Shown here: positions 29,354-40,621 of the stretch, piece after piece
Numbering within the stretch: the first letter of the stretch is position 1
How the letters are laid out: each line of letters begins with the position of its first letter
Assembly (NCBI GenBank): GCA_963790205.1
Contig: CAWBNQ010000014.1
Location: forward strand, 1-64,000
Direction of reading: 5' to 3'
Source of the DNA: Nitrospirota bacterium
Lineage (GTDB): Bacteria > Nitrospirota > UBA9217
Length of the DNA: 64,000 bases
Notes under the pieces: model-generated
The model's database searches: none
What the model saw: the letters and a program-made list of their open reading frames with translations, nothing else
Told to the model about the DNA's origin: nothing
Program-made: the position numbers and the translations under genes

Positions 29354-30727
29354 ATGACCGCGAAAATTCTCATCAATTCAAGCTACTTTGTCGTAGCACT
29401 CTTGTTCATCCTGGGCCTCAAGGGTATGTCGTCGCCGGTGACGGCCAGGCGCGGCGTTCTCTGGGCCGGCGCGGGCATGGTCCTGGCAACGCTGGTCACT
29501 TTTGCCTGGCCCCACATGGATAACTATGGGCTCATGGTCATCGCCCTCGCCCTCGGCGGCGGCCTTTCCTGGTGGTCCGGCACGGTGGTCAAGATGACCG
29601 ACGTGCCGCAGATGGTCGCCCTCTATAACGGCATGGGAGGCGGAGCGGCGGCGGCGATCGCTGCCATCGAACTCAGCCGCGGCAAAACGCACGTTCCCGT
29701 GGTCGCCGCGCTCGCCACCATGGGCGGCCTGATCGGTACGGTATCGTTCTCAGGTTCTCTGGTCGCTTTTGCCAAGCTGCAGGGCATCATGCGGAAAACG
29801 TTCCGTTTGCCCGCCCAGAACGCGGTGAACCTTGTCCTGGCCGTGCTGACGATCCTCAGCGGCGTCGGCATCGTCGCTGCCGGCCGCGCTGCGACGCTCC
29901 AAATCCTGATTTTCTTTGCACTCGCCCTGGTGCTCGGCGCGGTCATCACCATGCCCATCGGCGGAGCAGACATGCCTGTCGTTATCTCGCTCTTCAACGC
30001 CTTAACGGGCCTCGCCGTGGGTTTCGAGGGGTACGTGCTGAATAATCCCGCCTTGATCATCGCCGGTATTGTGGTCGGCTCGGCGGGCACCCTCCTCACC
30101 CAGCTTATGGCCAGGGCCATGAACCGGCCGCTCACGAACATCCTGTTCAAACCGATCACCGGGGAGGCGCAGACCGGAGGAGTCGGCATTGCAGGAACGC
30201 TGAAGGAAGTCTCGGCGCTCGATGCAGCATCCATGCTGCGCTACGCCCAAAAGGTCATCATCGTGCCGGGCTACGGCATGGCCGTGGGCCAGGCACAGCA
30301 CAAGGTCAAGGAAATGAGCGTGCTTTTGGAGGAGGCCGGGGTGGAGATCAAGTTTGCCATCCATCCGGTAGCGGGCCGCATGCCGGGGCACATGAACGTG
30401 CTCCTGGCTGAAGCCGGCGTCTCCTATGATAAAATCTACGATCTGGAAGAGATCAACGGCGAATTTCCCCAGGCGGACGTAGCGCTCGTTATCGGCGCGA
30501 ATGACGTCGTGAACCCCGCAGCGCGTACAGAAAAGTCGAGTCCCATCTACGGCATGCCGATCCTGAACGTCGACCATGCGCACAGCGTGATCGTCATCAA
30601 GCGCGGCAAGGGCACGGGCTATTCAGGCATCGAGAATGCGCTCTTCTACGCCGATAATACGCGCATGCTCTACGGCAGCGCGCAGCAGGTGGTGAACGAA
30701 GTGATCAAGCACATCAAGGAAATGTGA
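29354..30727 (+). CDS. pntB: NAD(P) transhydrogenase subunit beta
   Basis: GGADMPVVIS, HPVAGRMPGHMNVLLAEA, GANDVVNP. Confidence 0.96.
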   Translation: MTAKILINSSYFVVALLFILGLKGMSSPVTARRGVLWAGAGMVLATLVTFAWPHMDNYGLMVIALALGGGLSWWSGTVVKMTDVPQMVALYNGMGGGAAAAIAAIELSRGKTHVPVVAALATMGGLIGTVSFSGSLVAFAKLQGIMRKTFRLPAQNAVNLVLAVLTILSGVGIVAAGRAATLQILIFFALALVLGAVITMPIGGADMPVVISLFNALTGLAVGFEGYVLNNPALIIAGIVVGSAGTLLTQLMARAMNRPLTNILFKPITGEAQTGGVGIAGTLKEVSALDAASMLRYAQKVIIVPGYGMAVGQAQHKVKEMSVLLEEAGVEIKFAIHPVAGRMPGHMNVLLAEAGVSYDKIYDLEEINGEFPQADVALVIGANDVVNPAARTEKSSPIYGMPILNVDHAHSVIVIKRGKGTGYSGIENALFYADNTRMLYGSAQQVVNEVIKHIKEM

Positions 30728-30946
30728 TCCTGAGACGCTGCACGGTGACGCGGGAAACGGTCTTCTCAAAACGTTCTTGAGTAAACCCCCTTTAGGAACA
30801 AGCTCTGCCGGGACAAACCCTTCCTTTTTTCGTTGGTCTTGAGCAATCCCGAAACAAGAGGAGAAATTATATCGCATGATATCCTGTTCGGCGGGAGACT
30901 TCTTGGTGCTCTCCGGGCCGGCATGACAGGCGAAGGGTTGAGATTG

Positions 30947-32380
30947 TTAGGTAAGATATTTCTTTATATCGATTTTAGCGGCATAGGGATCGATGGTGCC
31001 GGCGATAGTCCGCTTATAGCGACCGCCCACGGTCTCGAGAAGGCTGATCTCGGTCCCCGTATTTTTTTCAGAACCGTCAAACTTATCGAGCAGTAAAAGG
31101 CGCGGACGCAGCAGATCGCGGGTCTGATGCACGACCAGGCCGATCTCACCCGTGTCCAGTTTCAGAAGTGTGCCGACGGGAAAAATCCCTATCATATTGA
31201 CGAAAGCCTTCACGAGGATGGGGTCGAAGACGCTGCCGCGCTTATCGAGCAGGATCCGGACGGCCTGATCCAGCGGCTTCTGCAGGCTGTAATAGACCCG
31301 TGCGGCCGTGATGGCGTCATAGGCATCACAGAGAGCGACGATCTGCGAGAAAAGATGCTGCTGGTGTTGGTCGTCGATCTCGGGGTAACCGCGCATATCG
31401 CCGTGCTGATGGTGCTCGAAAGCCGCAACCATGGCGAGCTTGGTCACCCCCGGGATGTCGGAGAGAATCAGCGCCCCCTCGACAGGATGCCGCCTCACCA
31501 GTTCCCACTCCTCGTCCGTAAGCTTGCCCGGCTTGTTGATGACCTCGAGGGGGACCCTCACCTTGCCGATGTCGTGCAGGAGGCCTGCCACCCCCAGGGC
31601 TGCGACCTGGGGCTTTTCAAAAGAAAGGAAAGTCCCGAGCGAAATGGCAAGAACGGACGTGTTTACCGAGTGGGCAAAGGTATATTCGTCATACATCTTG
31701 ATACTAGTCAATCCCATAAAAGCGTCCCGGTTGTCCAGGACGTTGTCGACCATGGTCTGCACGGTCGTGTTCAGTTTGCGCATATTGATCGCCTTTTCAA
31801 CATGCACGGCGTGGACGAGATCCTTCACCATACTGATGGCATCCATGAAGATCTCAGCGGCCTTTTCTTTTCCTTCTTTGATGGCGCCCCCCGCCTTCTT
31901 ATCGACAAGAAGCACCCGGTGCAGATCGATATGAAGGATGTTCTCTTTGCCGAGCACTTCATTGATACCTCCCCGTGCGGCAAAGAACGAAGGCTCGTTG
32001 TTGATCAGGGCGGCAAACTTGATAATCTCCTCTTGCGTAATGCCGGGCTTGAAGATGATCCCGCCCACATCGCGGCCGACCAACTGCTCCATAAGCAGGG
32101 AAAGGCTCTGATCGACGGGCACGGAGTGCGTCTCGAAAAATAATTCTCCCGCCGCGAGATAAAAAGCCACCTCTTTCCGGTCCACCAGCAGCTCCAGGAC
32201 CCTGCTCAGGAGCTTTTCCGCTGATGCAAGCAGAAAGGGGTGCGCTTCCGGATAGAGGGTCGCGTTCCTCAAAACGGCCGACAACTGCTGGAACACGGAC
32301 CTGGCCGAATTGATCAGCTGCTGTTTCGCGAAAAAAGACTGTCTCGCCTCGCCGCGGCTATCGCGTTGCTCGTCCGCCAT
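30947..32380 (-). CDS. HD-GYP domain cyclic dinucleotide phosphodiesterase
   Basis: YTFAHS, LHDIGK, EHH...RGYP, DAYDA. Confidence 0.88.
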   Translation of the reverse strand: MADEQRDSRGEARQSFFAKQQLINSARSVFQQLSAVLRNATLYPEAHPFLLASAEKLLSRVLELLVDRKEVAFYLAAGELFFETHSVPVDQSLSLLMEQLVGRDVGGIIFKPGITQEEIIKFAALINNEPSFFAARGGINEVLGKENILHIDLHRVLLVDKKAGGAIKEGKEKAAEIFMDAISMVKDLVHAVHVEKAINMRKLNTTVQTMVDNVLDNRDAFMGLTSIKMYDEYTFAHSVNTSVLAISLGTFLSFEKPQVAALGVAGLLHDIGKVRVPLEVINKPGKLTDEEWELVRRHPVEGALILSDIPGVTKLAMVAAFEHHQHGDMRGYPEIDDQHQQHLFSQIVALCDAYDAITAARVYYSLQKPLDQAVRILLDKRGSVFDPILVKAFVNMIGIFPVGTLLKLDTGEIGLVVHQTRDLLRPRLLLLDKFDGSEKNTGTEISLLETVGGRYKRTIAGTIDPYAAKIDIKKYLT

Positions 32381-34436
32381 CTCCCTCTCTCCTCTTGATT
32401 TCATCCATGGCCCGCTGCGCTACAGCGCGGAGCTCTAACTGAAGTTTTCGCGGCTTCCACCACCGGATGCGGTTATATCTCGCAAGGAATTCCCCCGCGT
32501 CCGGGCCGCCGATCTTCGCCAGCGCCTTGATAGCTTCGACCGTAAGCTCCTTTCCCTTGTTTTTGATGGGAAGGCCTTCCAGGAACTCCAACAATGGCTT
32601 CGCCTCATGGGCGCCGATGCCCTCTAACATGGAGAAACCGCGGATGGCCATCAACTGGATCTCGGCGTCCTTGTCGTTCAGAAACTTTGCGAGAAGGCCG
32701 GCGGCTTTTTTCCCCCCTATGCTGAGCAGCCCTTTGATCACTTCCTGCCGTATCCGAACATTCTTGTGGCCCGCCACTCTGAAGAGGAACGCAATGGCAT
32801 CATCGGTCTTGCTCTCCCCAAGAATGCTGACGATATTGCGTACGAAGTACCAGCGTTCGTCCGATAGGTGTTCGCCGATCAGCATGAGCTGGTTCTTACT
32901 CAGGTTTTTTAAAATATCAATGAGAAATTCTCTTGCCGACCGGTCGGTCTCTTCCGCGAGAAGTTCCAGCAGGACTTCCGTCACTTCACGCTCCAGGACA
33001 GACAGGTATGAATAAGCCGAAAGGTATTGAGGAGAGCCTTTGGTATATTTTCGCAGGTCGCTGATCGTTGCAGCGATGGCGGTCCTGGAGGCGGTCTTCT
33101 TCGCGGCCTCGGCCAGTCGCGGCTTGAAGGCAGGATGCACGGGCATACGGAACACCCGGATGATGAACGCGGCGAGGTCATATTCCTTCATCTTCAGGAG
33201 ATAGTTCAGCATGTCCTCAAGCTGGCGGACAACACCGGAAAAAAGTTTGATTTCCTTCTCCCCCGGCGCGGAGCCATCGGGGCTCTTCACGAGCGGGAGC
33301 AGAAAAATCAGCGTCCGCACAGCGGCCTCGATAATGTCCGACTCCATGCCCGCCTCGCTCATGTTCTTGAGCACTTCCATCTCTTCAGGGGTGTACTCAG
33401 CCATCTCCTGTACGGTATCGATAAGGTCCTGGGAAACCGGCACGGCTTCAAGAGCGACGGGGGCGGGCGGCGGGGAGGACGGCGGGGGGGTCTTGGCCGA
33501 TGATTTTTTCAGGAGCACGGATACCTGCTGCACGGTCCAGGCGGTGGAAAAACGGCCGGTCACAATTTCGTGAAGCTCGTTGGGCACCTGGTCATCGGGG
33601 CCGGCGTTCTGTTCCCTCTCCAGTTCCGCATCGAGCTCTCCGTACAGCTTGCCGGCAACAAGCCCCTCACGGTAGGGTTGTTCCAGAGAAATGGCGGACT
33701 GGGCCAAACCCTCGAACAACGTATCGCTCTGGTCGGGATGCTCCTCCCGGATCTTGCGCCCCGCTTCATTATAGAGCGCAAAGAGGCGGTCTTCCATGCT
33801 TTCATGCCCGGCGCGGGTCTGCTTCGCAAGTTCTATCATGCCCATGCCGAACCCGGCGGGATCGGTCTTGAGGTCGCCAAGGACCAGGCTGCGGCCTGAG
33901 GACTGTATCTCTTCCTTCGCGGTTTTTCCGTTGATGCCGGCAGAGAGACCGTCATCCCGTGATCCCTCGGACAGCGTCGTTATGACCTCGTCAAGTCCCG
34001 CTTCGGTAACCTTGATATGTGTTGTTCCCTTTTCCCAGAGGATCGAGGATATCCCGCCCTTGATCGCCAATTCCTCCGAGGGGAAGGAAAGGGCCCGGCA
34101 AAGATTCAGCAGTTCCTCCTCGGCTATCCCCTCGCTGAAAACGATCTCCCGCAGCCCTTTGGCGAAAAGGTCCTGGGCAATGGCCCGGTTCAACTGCGCT
34201 TCTTTCCCGACCGGGATACGCATGCTGGTAAAATAGTTTTTCTGCACCTCAACATGGTATTCCGGCGCCGTCTCCAAAAAATGATAAAGCGCTTCATAGG
34301 ATTTCCCGACGGTCCGCGAGTAGGCAATGTTGTTGGGAGGATAAAGCTTTACCGCCCTGATCGCCGAGATCAAGCTCCGCATGGCGTCCTGAGCTTCGGG
34401 AGAAAGTGATTCGGGGGATTTTTCTTCTTCCTGCAT
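32358..34436 (-). CDS. HEAT-repeat protein coupled to the HD-GYP gene
   Basis: C-terminal HEAT/PBS repeats (DERWYFVRN, HKNVRIRQE, DKDAEIQ); overlaps the next gene. Confidence 0.8.
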   Translation of the reverse strand: MQEEEKSPESLSPEAQDAMRSLISAIRAVKLYPPNNIAYSRTVGKSYEALYHFLETAPEYHVEVQKNYFTSMRIPVGKEAQLNRAIAQDLFAKGLREIVFSEGIAEEELLNLCRALSFPSEELAIKGGISSILWEKGTTHIKVTEAGLDEVITTLSEGSRDDGLSAGINGKTAKEEIQSSGRSLVLGDLKTDPAGFGMGMIELAKQTRAGHESMEDRLFALYNEAGRKIREEHPDQSDTLFEGLAQSAISLEQPYREGLVAGKLYGELDAELEREQNAGPDDQVPNELHEIVTGRFSTAWTVQQVSVLLKKSSAKTPPPSSPPPAPVALEAVPVSQDLIDTVQEMAEYTPEEMEVLKNMSEAGMESDIIEAAVRTLIFLLPLVKSPDGSAPGEKEIKLFSGVVRQLEDMLNYLLKMKEYDLAAFIIRVFRMPVHPAFKPRLAEAAKKTASRTAIAATISDLRKYTKGSPQYLSAYSYLSVLEREVTEVLLELLAEETDRSAREFLIDILKNLSKNQLMLIGEHLSDERWYFVRNIVSILGESKTDDAIAFLFRVAGHKNVRIRQEVIKGLLSIGGKKAAGLLAKFLNDKDAEIQLMAIRGFSMLEGIGAHEAKPLLEFLEGLPIKNKGKELTVEAIKALAKIGGPDAGEFLARYNRIRWWKPRKLQLELRAVAQRAMDEIKRREGDGGRATR

Positions 34437-34674
34437 TGTTACAGAGTATCACAATGAAATATCGAAGTCAAAAGAGTTATCGCCAAATTACAGCCGGCCG
34501 TTCCTTTGATCGCCAGCGGAATGAGGTTCGTTTGAGCGTCCCTGCCCCGTGAAAGACCGCCGGGCATACTCTCACGTGCGCCAGGAGGTGCTTGCCAAAA
34601 TATCCCGGCATGTCATATCAGCGCCGATTTCGGTCTCTAGCGGGACCTAACTCCCTTTTCACGAGGCGTTCCTC

Positions 34675-35871
34675 TCATGAGACGTTCCTCTTTTCCACCC
34701 TCGACACGAGCTCACCCCGGTGCAGCTTCGTACTGATCATGTCGCCTGGTTTTATCCCGGAGGCATCTTTAAGAATAGTGCCGGCAGGAAGTTTTTTCGT
34801 GATGCTGAATCCCCGCGAAAGGATGCCGAGCGGATTCAAGTGGTCGAGCCCCGCGGAAAGAGCAGCGAGAAGCGCCCGGTCCCGACGCAGGGTGTGCCTG
34901 AGCCCTGTGGCAAGCCGGCCTGCCAGCTCATCGACCCGCTGCGAATACTGCTCCAATACCCTTCTCGGGTCTGCGAGCAGCCTCGTGAATTCACGGAGGG
35001 ATGACCGGGTGAGTTCGAGCCGTTGGCGGATACTCGTGATGAGGCCTGATTCGAGGGATCTGATGGACTCCCGGAAACTTTCTTCGGTTTTGACCACCAT
35101 CTCGGCCCCCGCCGAGGGTGTCGGCGACCGAATATCGGAAACGAAGTCGGCAATGGTATAATCCGTTTCGTGCCCCACCGCGGAGACTATCGGGATCTTC
35201 GACGCGTAGATCGCCCGTGCAACCGCCTCCTCATTGAAGGCCCAGAGATCTTCGAGCGAGCCGCCGCCGCGGCCGACGATCATGACATCTACGTTCCGCT
35301 CCTGGTTGAAATATCGTATTGCCTCGACGATAGCGGGCGCTGCTTCGACTCCCTGGACCGGTACGGGGTAGATGAGGATATGCATCTTCGGATGGCGACG
35401 CTTGATCACCCGGAGCATGTCGCGGATGGCGGCGCCGGTCGGAGAAGTTACAAGACCGATGCGCTGCGGCAGCAGCGGAAGGGGTTTTTTACGGTCCAGG
35501 TTGAAGAGGCCCTCCTTTTCAAGCTTTGCTTTGAGCTGCTCGAAGGCCAGTTGAAGCGCGCCCACTCCCTTCGGTTCGATATAGTCGACGATAAACTGGT
35601 ATTCACCGCGCGGCTCATAAACGCTTACCCTGCCGCGGCAGATCACCTGGATGCCGTGCTGCAGGGTGAACTTGAGGAACCGCTGCGAGGAACGGAACAG
35701 GACTGCACGGACCTGACTCTGCTCATCTTTTAACGTGAAATAAGCATGGCCGGACTGGGGCACGGTGAGATTTGAGATTTCCCCCTCCACCCACACATCG
35801 GGGAAATTCCCCTCCAGGAGGCTCTTGATCTGATTGGTAAGCTGGGTGACGGTGAGGATGTGAGTTTGCAT
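34675..35871 (-). CDS. xseA: Exodeoxyribonuclease VII large subunit
   Basis: SGHAYFTLKD, RGGGSLEDL, AVGHETD. Confidence 0.96.
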   Translation of the reverse strand: MQTHILTVTQLTNQIKSLLEGNFPDVWVEGEISNLTVPQSGHAYFTLKDEQSQVRAVLFRSSQRFLKFTLQHGIQVICRGRVSVYEPRGEYQFIVDYIEPKGVGALQLAFEQLKAKLEKEGLFNLDRKKPLPLLPQRIGLVTSPTGAAIRDMLRVIKRRHPKMHILIYPVPVQGVEAAPAIVEAIRYFNQERNVDVMIVGRGGGSLEDLWAFNEEAVARAIYASKIPIVSAVGHETDYTIADFVSDIRSPTPSAGAEMVVKTEESFRESIRSLESGLITSIRQRLELTRSSLREFTRLLADPRRVLEQYSQRVDELAGRLATGLRHTLRRDRALLAALSAGLDHLNPLGILSRGFSITKKLPAGTILKDASGIKPGDMISTKLHRGELVSRVEKRNVS

Positions 35872-35922
35872 AATTGCGGATTGTAGAATGCGGATTTAAA
35901 TCCGAAATCCTCAATGCTCCTG

Positions 35923-36699
35923 CTATGATTTCAAGTGGATTCTTTCGATCGTGTTCGCCTTCCCCGTCTTCCCATCGACATCGACAACCACGCCGTTCAG
36001 GTGCACCGGCCCTTTGGGTATCTCGAACCGGTGCGGGGTCTGGTACAGAAACCGCGCAATGGCCTGCTCCTTTTTCACGCCGATGACCGAATCCGTGGGC
36101 CCCGTCATACCCGCATCGGTGATGAATGCCGTCCCGGCGGACAGGATACGCTCGTCAGCGGTCTGCACATGCGTATGAGTGCCGATCACAGCGCTCGCCT
36201 TGCCGTCCAGATGCCAGGCAAGCGCGATCTTTTCGGACGTGGCCTCGGCATGGAAGTCAATGATTACGACGGATGTTTCTTTTTTGAGCTTTTCTATCTC
36301 GCGCTCGGCGACGCGAAACGGGTCTCCCAGATTGGACATGAAAACACGGCCTTCGAGATTGAGAACGGCCGCCTTGCCCGCGCCGGTAGAGATGACCACA
36401 CTGCCATAACCCGGATTGCCCTCGGGGTAGTTGGCCGGCCTGATGAGCCGGTCCTGCTTGGTTAAATAGGGTTCGATTTCCTTTTTATCCCAGACGTGGT
36501 TTCCCGAAGTGAGGACGTGGATTCCGAGTGAGAAGAGTTCTTCGGCGATCTCGGACGTTATCCCGAAGCCCCCGGCTGCGTTCTCTCCGTTTGCGATCAC
36601 CAGGTCCGGTTTGTGCGACTCCATGAGGTCGCGCATGTTCGCCCGGACCATTTTCCTGCCCGGCTCGCCGATAATGTCGCCGATGAAAAGAACCCTCAA
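35923..36699 (-). CDS. ymdB: YmdB-like metallophosphoesterase
   Basis: GDIIG, NGEN, GNHVWD, DFHAEATSEK, GTHTHVQT. Confidence 0.92.
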   Translation of the reverse strand: MRVLFIGDIIGEPGRKMVRANMRDLMESHKPDLVIANGENAAGGFGITSEIAEELFSLGIHVLTSGNHVWDKKEIEPYLTKQDRLIRPANYPEGNPGYGSVVISTGAGKAAVLNLEGRVFMSNLGDPFRVAEREIEKLKKETSVVIIDFHAEATSEKIALAWHLDGKASAVIGTHTHVQTADERILSAGTAFITDAGMTGPTDSVIGVKKEQAIARFLYQTPHRFEIPKGPVHLNGVVVDVDGKTGKANTIERIHLKS

Positions 36700-36889
36700 G
36701 CTGCCTCCGTTTTTGTTGTGAATTTTTCAGCGCAATCGCAGTTGAAGTATGTCCGACCGCATCCCGATCAAATGCGAAATGGCGAATGCGGAGTGAAAAG
36801 CCGTAAGAATAATTCCGCATTCCGCCCGCGCCCCGCGTTTACGAGTGCCTCGCGCGAGTGCAGGGTGAAATCCGCATTCCGCATTCGCA

Positions 36890-38446
36890 TCACTTCGCGT
36901 ACTCCACGTACCTGCTCTCGCGCACCACCGTCACCTTGATCTGACCGGGATAGGACATCTCCTGCTCGATCTTCTTTGCGATGTCGCGTGAGAGCTGGGC
37001 CGAGCTAACGTCCGAGAGGTCTTCGGGCTTCACGATGATCCTGATCTCACGGCCCGCCTGGATGGCATAGGATTTCTCCACTCCCTTGAAGGAGTTCGCG
37101 GCCGTCTCGAGCTGCTCAAGCCGTTTAAGGTAGCTTTCGAGCGTCTCGCGTCGCACACCGGGCCTGCCCGCCGAGAGCGCGTCCGCTGCCGCCACGAGCA
37201 CCGCCTCCACCGAGGTCACCTCGCCGTCGCCGTGATGGGTGAGGATTGCGTTGATCACCTTGGCTGATTCGCCGTACTTCTTGGCCACGTCGCCGCCGAG
37301 CTGGGGATGGGTCCCCTCCACCTCATGGTCGATGGCCTTGCCCAGGTCATGGAGCAGACCCGCCCTCCGCGCGAGCTTCTGGTCCACACCGCACTCCGCA
37401 GCCATGATGCCGGCGAAATAAGCGACCTCGCGGGAATGCATGAGCACGTTCTGGCCGTAGCTCGTCCGGAACCTGAGCCTCCCGAGCAGTTTGATGATCT
37501 CGGGATGGATATTGTGGAGTCCGAGGTCAAAGGCCGCTTTCTCGCCCTCGTCCTTCATGGTGATGTCCAGGTCTTTCTTGACCTTCTCCGCTATCTCCTC
37601 GATCCGGGCCGGATGAATCCGCCCGTCCTGGATCAAGCGCTCGATCGTAAGCTTCGCTATCTCTCTCCGCAGCGGGTCATAGCATGAAAGGATCACCGCT
37701 TCCGGCGTATCGTCGATGATCAGGTCGATACCGGTGGCTGCCTCAAGCGCCCGGATGTTCCTTCCCTCTCGACCGATGATCCTGCCTTTCATTTCATCAT
37801 TGGGCAGATTAACGACCGAGACGGTTGCCTCGGCAACATAGTCGCTCGCGTACCGCTGAATGGCCAGACTGATGATGTTCTTTGACTTCTTGTCGGCTTC
37901 TTCCTTGGCCTCATCTTCGATCCGCTTGATGGTCTTGGCGGCTTCGTGCTTGGCCTCGTCCTCGATCGAGACCATCAGCTGCCGTTTCGCTTCTTCAGCG
38001 GTCATGTTCGCGATCTTCTCAAGCATCTGCCGTTGTTCACGCAGACCCTTATCGAAGCGCTCTTCCTTTTCGACCGCCGCCTTCTCCCGTGCCGTCAGTT
38101 CCCGTTCCCGGCGTACGACATCGGACTCCCGCTTTTCAACAAGGTCGACTTTCTTTTCGAGGTTCTCTTCCTTCTGCGTCAAACGCCGTTCCTGATTCTG
38201 GAATTCCTGCCGTTTCTCGCGATTTTCCTTTTCGAAATCAGCCCGCGCCTGATAGAGCTTGTCCTTGACCTCGAGTACGGCTTCCTTGCGTTTGGTTTCC
38301 GCTTCGCGCTCGGCAGTTGCTACGATTTTCGAAGCCTCTGCTTCGGCGTCCTTGATCTTGCCTGCCGCGACCCTCCCTTTTACGAGCAGGCCCAGACCGA
38401 ATCCGCCGGCAAGTCCGACAATCAATAGTACAATATATTCAATCAT
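36890..38446 (-). CDS. rny: Ribonuclease Y
   Basis: N-terminal TM, coiled coil, [13 protein letters not shown] motif LHDLGK. Confidence 0.97.
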   Translation of the reverse strand: MIEYIVLLIVGLAGGFGLGLLVKGRVAAGKIKDAEAEASKIVATAEREAETKRKEAVLEVKDKLYQARADFEKENREKRQEFQNQERRLTQKEENLEKKVDLVEKRESDVVRRERELTAREKAAVEKEERFDKGLREQRQMLEKIANMTAEEAKRQLMVSIEDEAKHEAAKTIKRIEDEAKEEADKKSKNIISLAIQRYASDYVAEATVSVVNLPNDEMKGRIIGREGRNIRALEAATGIDLIIDDTPEAVILSCYDPLRREIAKLTIERLIQDGRIHPARIEEIAEKVKKDLDITMKDEGEKAAFDLGLHNIHPEIIKLLGRLRFRTSYGQNVLMHSREVAYFAGIMAAECGVDQKLARRAGLLHDLGKAIDHEVEGTHPQLGGDVAKKYGESAKVINAILTHHGDGEVTSVEAVLVAAADALSAGRPGVRRETLESYLKRLEQLETAANSFKGVEKSYAIQAGREIRIIVKPEDLSDVSSAQLSRDIAKKIEQEMSYPGQIKVTVVRESRYVEYAK

Positions 38447-39783
38447 TCTTTATCCTCCTGGTGTCTCTTCTTCAGCCCGGCAAGACGCTCTTTGATGCGT
38501 TTTTCCTCGCCCTGTTCCGTGGGCCGGTAATACTCCCGCTTCTGCGGGAGGTAGTCCTGGGCCACGTAGTGGCCCGGGTAATCATGCGGGTATCGGTAAC
38601 CTTTGCCCCTGCCGAGCCGTGCGGCCCCCTTGTAGTGGGCGTCCTTGAGGTGGTCCGGCACGGGCAGAAGCCTTCCCTCTTCAACATCCTTCATCGCCTC
38701 TTTGATGCCGAGGTAGGAGGCATTGCTCTTCGGCGCAGCGGCAACGTACACCGCGGCCTGAGCCAGCGGGATCGAGCCCTCGGGCATGCCGATGCGCTCC
38801 AGGGCCTGGTATGCGGCGGTCGCAACGAAGATCGCACGCGGGTCCGCGTTACCGACATCCTCGCTCGCGGCGATCACGATCCTGCGCGCGATGAACAGCG
38901 GGTCCTCTCCGGCGTAAATCATCTTCGCCATCCAATAGAGCGCCGCATCGGGATCGCTTCCGCGCATGCTTTTGATAAAGGCGGATATCGTATCGTAGTG
39001 CTCGTCTTCATCATACACGAGCGCCTTCTTCTGGATGGATTCCTCCGCAGTGTGGAGGTCATAGAGGATCGTGCCGGACGCATCCGGGGCCGTTGAAAGC
39101 ACGCCGAGTTCGAGGGCGTTCAGCGCTCGTCGAGCATCGCCGTTCGCTCTCGCGACGAGGAACTCGATGGCATCGGGCGTAAGGTCCACGCTGAGGTTTC
39201 CGAGTCCCCGCTCCTTGTCGGCAAGCGCGCGAAGCAAAAGGGTTTTGATGTCCTCGTCCTTGAGCGGCTTGAATTCGAAAATCTGCGAGCGGGACGACAG
39301 CGCGGGGATTATGGCAAAGAATGGGTTCGAGGTTGAAGCGCCGATAAGGGTTATGCTTCCCCGCTCCACGTCAGGCAGGAGGGCGTCCTGCTGCACGCGG
39401 GTGAAGCGGTGGATCTCATCGATAAAGAGGATCGTTCTCTTGTTGCTCCGGCTGCTCTCGAGGGCTGACTCCTGCGCCACCTTGCGGATATCGGCAACGC
39501 CGGCAGTGACCGCGTTGAGCGGGACAAAATGGGCACGGCCCCTCTCCGCGATCAGGTGCGCGAGCGCGGTCTTGCCCACTCCGGGCGGACCGTAGAGGAT
39601 AAGCGACATGAGCCGGTCGGCCTCGATGGCCCTGCGCAGAAGTTTGCCCGGCCCCAGAATATGCTCCTGTCCCACGAATTCAGACAGGTCTTCGGGCCGC
39701 ATACGCCACGCGAGCGGAGACTCCGGGCGGTCCGCGGATACAGGCTCAAGGCGCTCTTGCTTTTTGACGTTCTTTAGACCCAA
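38443..39783 (-). CDS. rarA: Replication-associated recombination protein A
   Basis: [35 protein letters not shown]. Confidence 0.95.
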   Translation of the reverse strand: MGLKNVKKQERLEPVSADRPESPLAWRMRPEDLSEFVGQEHILGPGKLLRRAIEADRLMSLILYGPPGVGKTALAHLIAERGRAHFVPLNAVTAGVADIRKVAQESALESSRSNKRTILFIDEIHRFTRVQQDALLPDVERGSITLIGASTSNPFFAIIPALSSRSQIFEFKPLKDEDIKTLLLRALADKERGLGNLSVDLTPDAIEFLVARANGDARRALNALELGVLSTAPDASGTILYDLHTAEESIQKKALVYDEDEHYDTISAFIKSMRGSDPDAALYWMAKMIYAGEDPLFIARRIVIAASEDVGNADPRAIFVATAAYQALERIGMPEGSIPLAQAAVYVAAAPKSNASYLGIKEAMKDVEEGRLLPVPDHLKDAHYKGAARLGRGKGYRYPHDYPGHYVAQDYLPQKREYYRPTEQGEEKRIKERLAGLKKRHQEDKE

Positions 39784-40270
39784 CGTGATGCTTCAGGAAG
39801 GTTTCAAGACAGGCGTGATAGTGGACCGAAGAGTTTAGACCAGACCTGAGGTCAGCCTACTGAGTTTCTGGGGTATTTCCGGGTCTCCGAGAAGCTGCAT
39901 TCCTTCCGCGGGCAAATGTGTCACGGTCATGGTAAGCATTCACCGCTCGCATCTTCCCCGGGGAACTTGTCCTCGGCGTCCCTCTTTGCTGCGTGTATGT
40001 ATGAAAAAATATCCCCATTTTCAAAGTTTACTGTCTCACTGGCTAATACAATCTTCGTGCGGAACTGAGAAGATCAGGGAGCCTCAACTCAGAATTGAAT
40101 ATGAGCATCCTCAGTGTACCGCTCTTTCATGAACACTATCATAAGCGCCGGAGCCTTCCTTACTTATGCTCCTTTCGATCATGCGCTGGTTACACAATGT
40201 TGTTTTACAATAACGTGAACGTGAAATGATGCCCGGTTGCAAAAAATTTCAAAATAAAAAATATTAAAAA

Positions 40271-40450
40271 ATCCCCCGCTCTTGCCGTGTGGATAAACTT
40301 GATTCCTGGTCGTAACCAGGTGGGCGCCATAGAGGAAAGATCAGGCTTCCCAGTCTTATCTGGGCATGCACACCCTTTCCCGGGGATAGCTCCCTTTAAT
40401 TTTTTTTCACGAGGAACAAGTTTTATCAATCACGGGCAAAGCAGGGGACT
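40271..40450 (-). ncRNA. ssrS: 6S RNA
   Basis: About 180 nt downstream of zapA; complementary ends (TCCCCTGCTTTGCCCGTG / CACGGCAAGAGCGGGGGA) and GGGAGC, GTGTGCATGCC, GCGCCCACC elements typical of 6S. Confidence 0.85.
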
Positions 40451-40621
40451 TTGTTCCTATTATTTTATCTATGAATATTATATACCAGAATCAGACAAAA
40501 ATGGCAAGAAAAAAAAGGTTGGTTTTGAGCTGCAATTCTATGATTTATATGTAATTACAATGCGTTACACTTTACCAGGTGCGTGGATATACACTAAAAA
40601 CACCCCACCTGCCGCGTTGTC

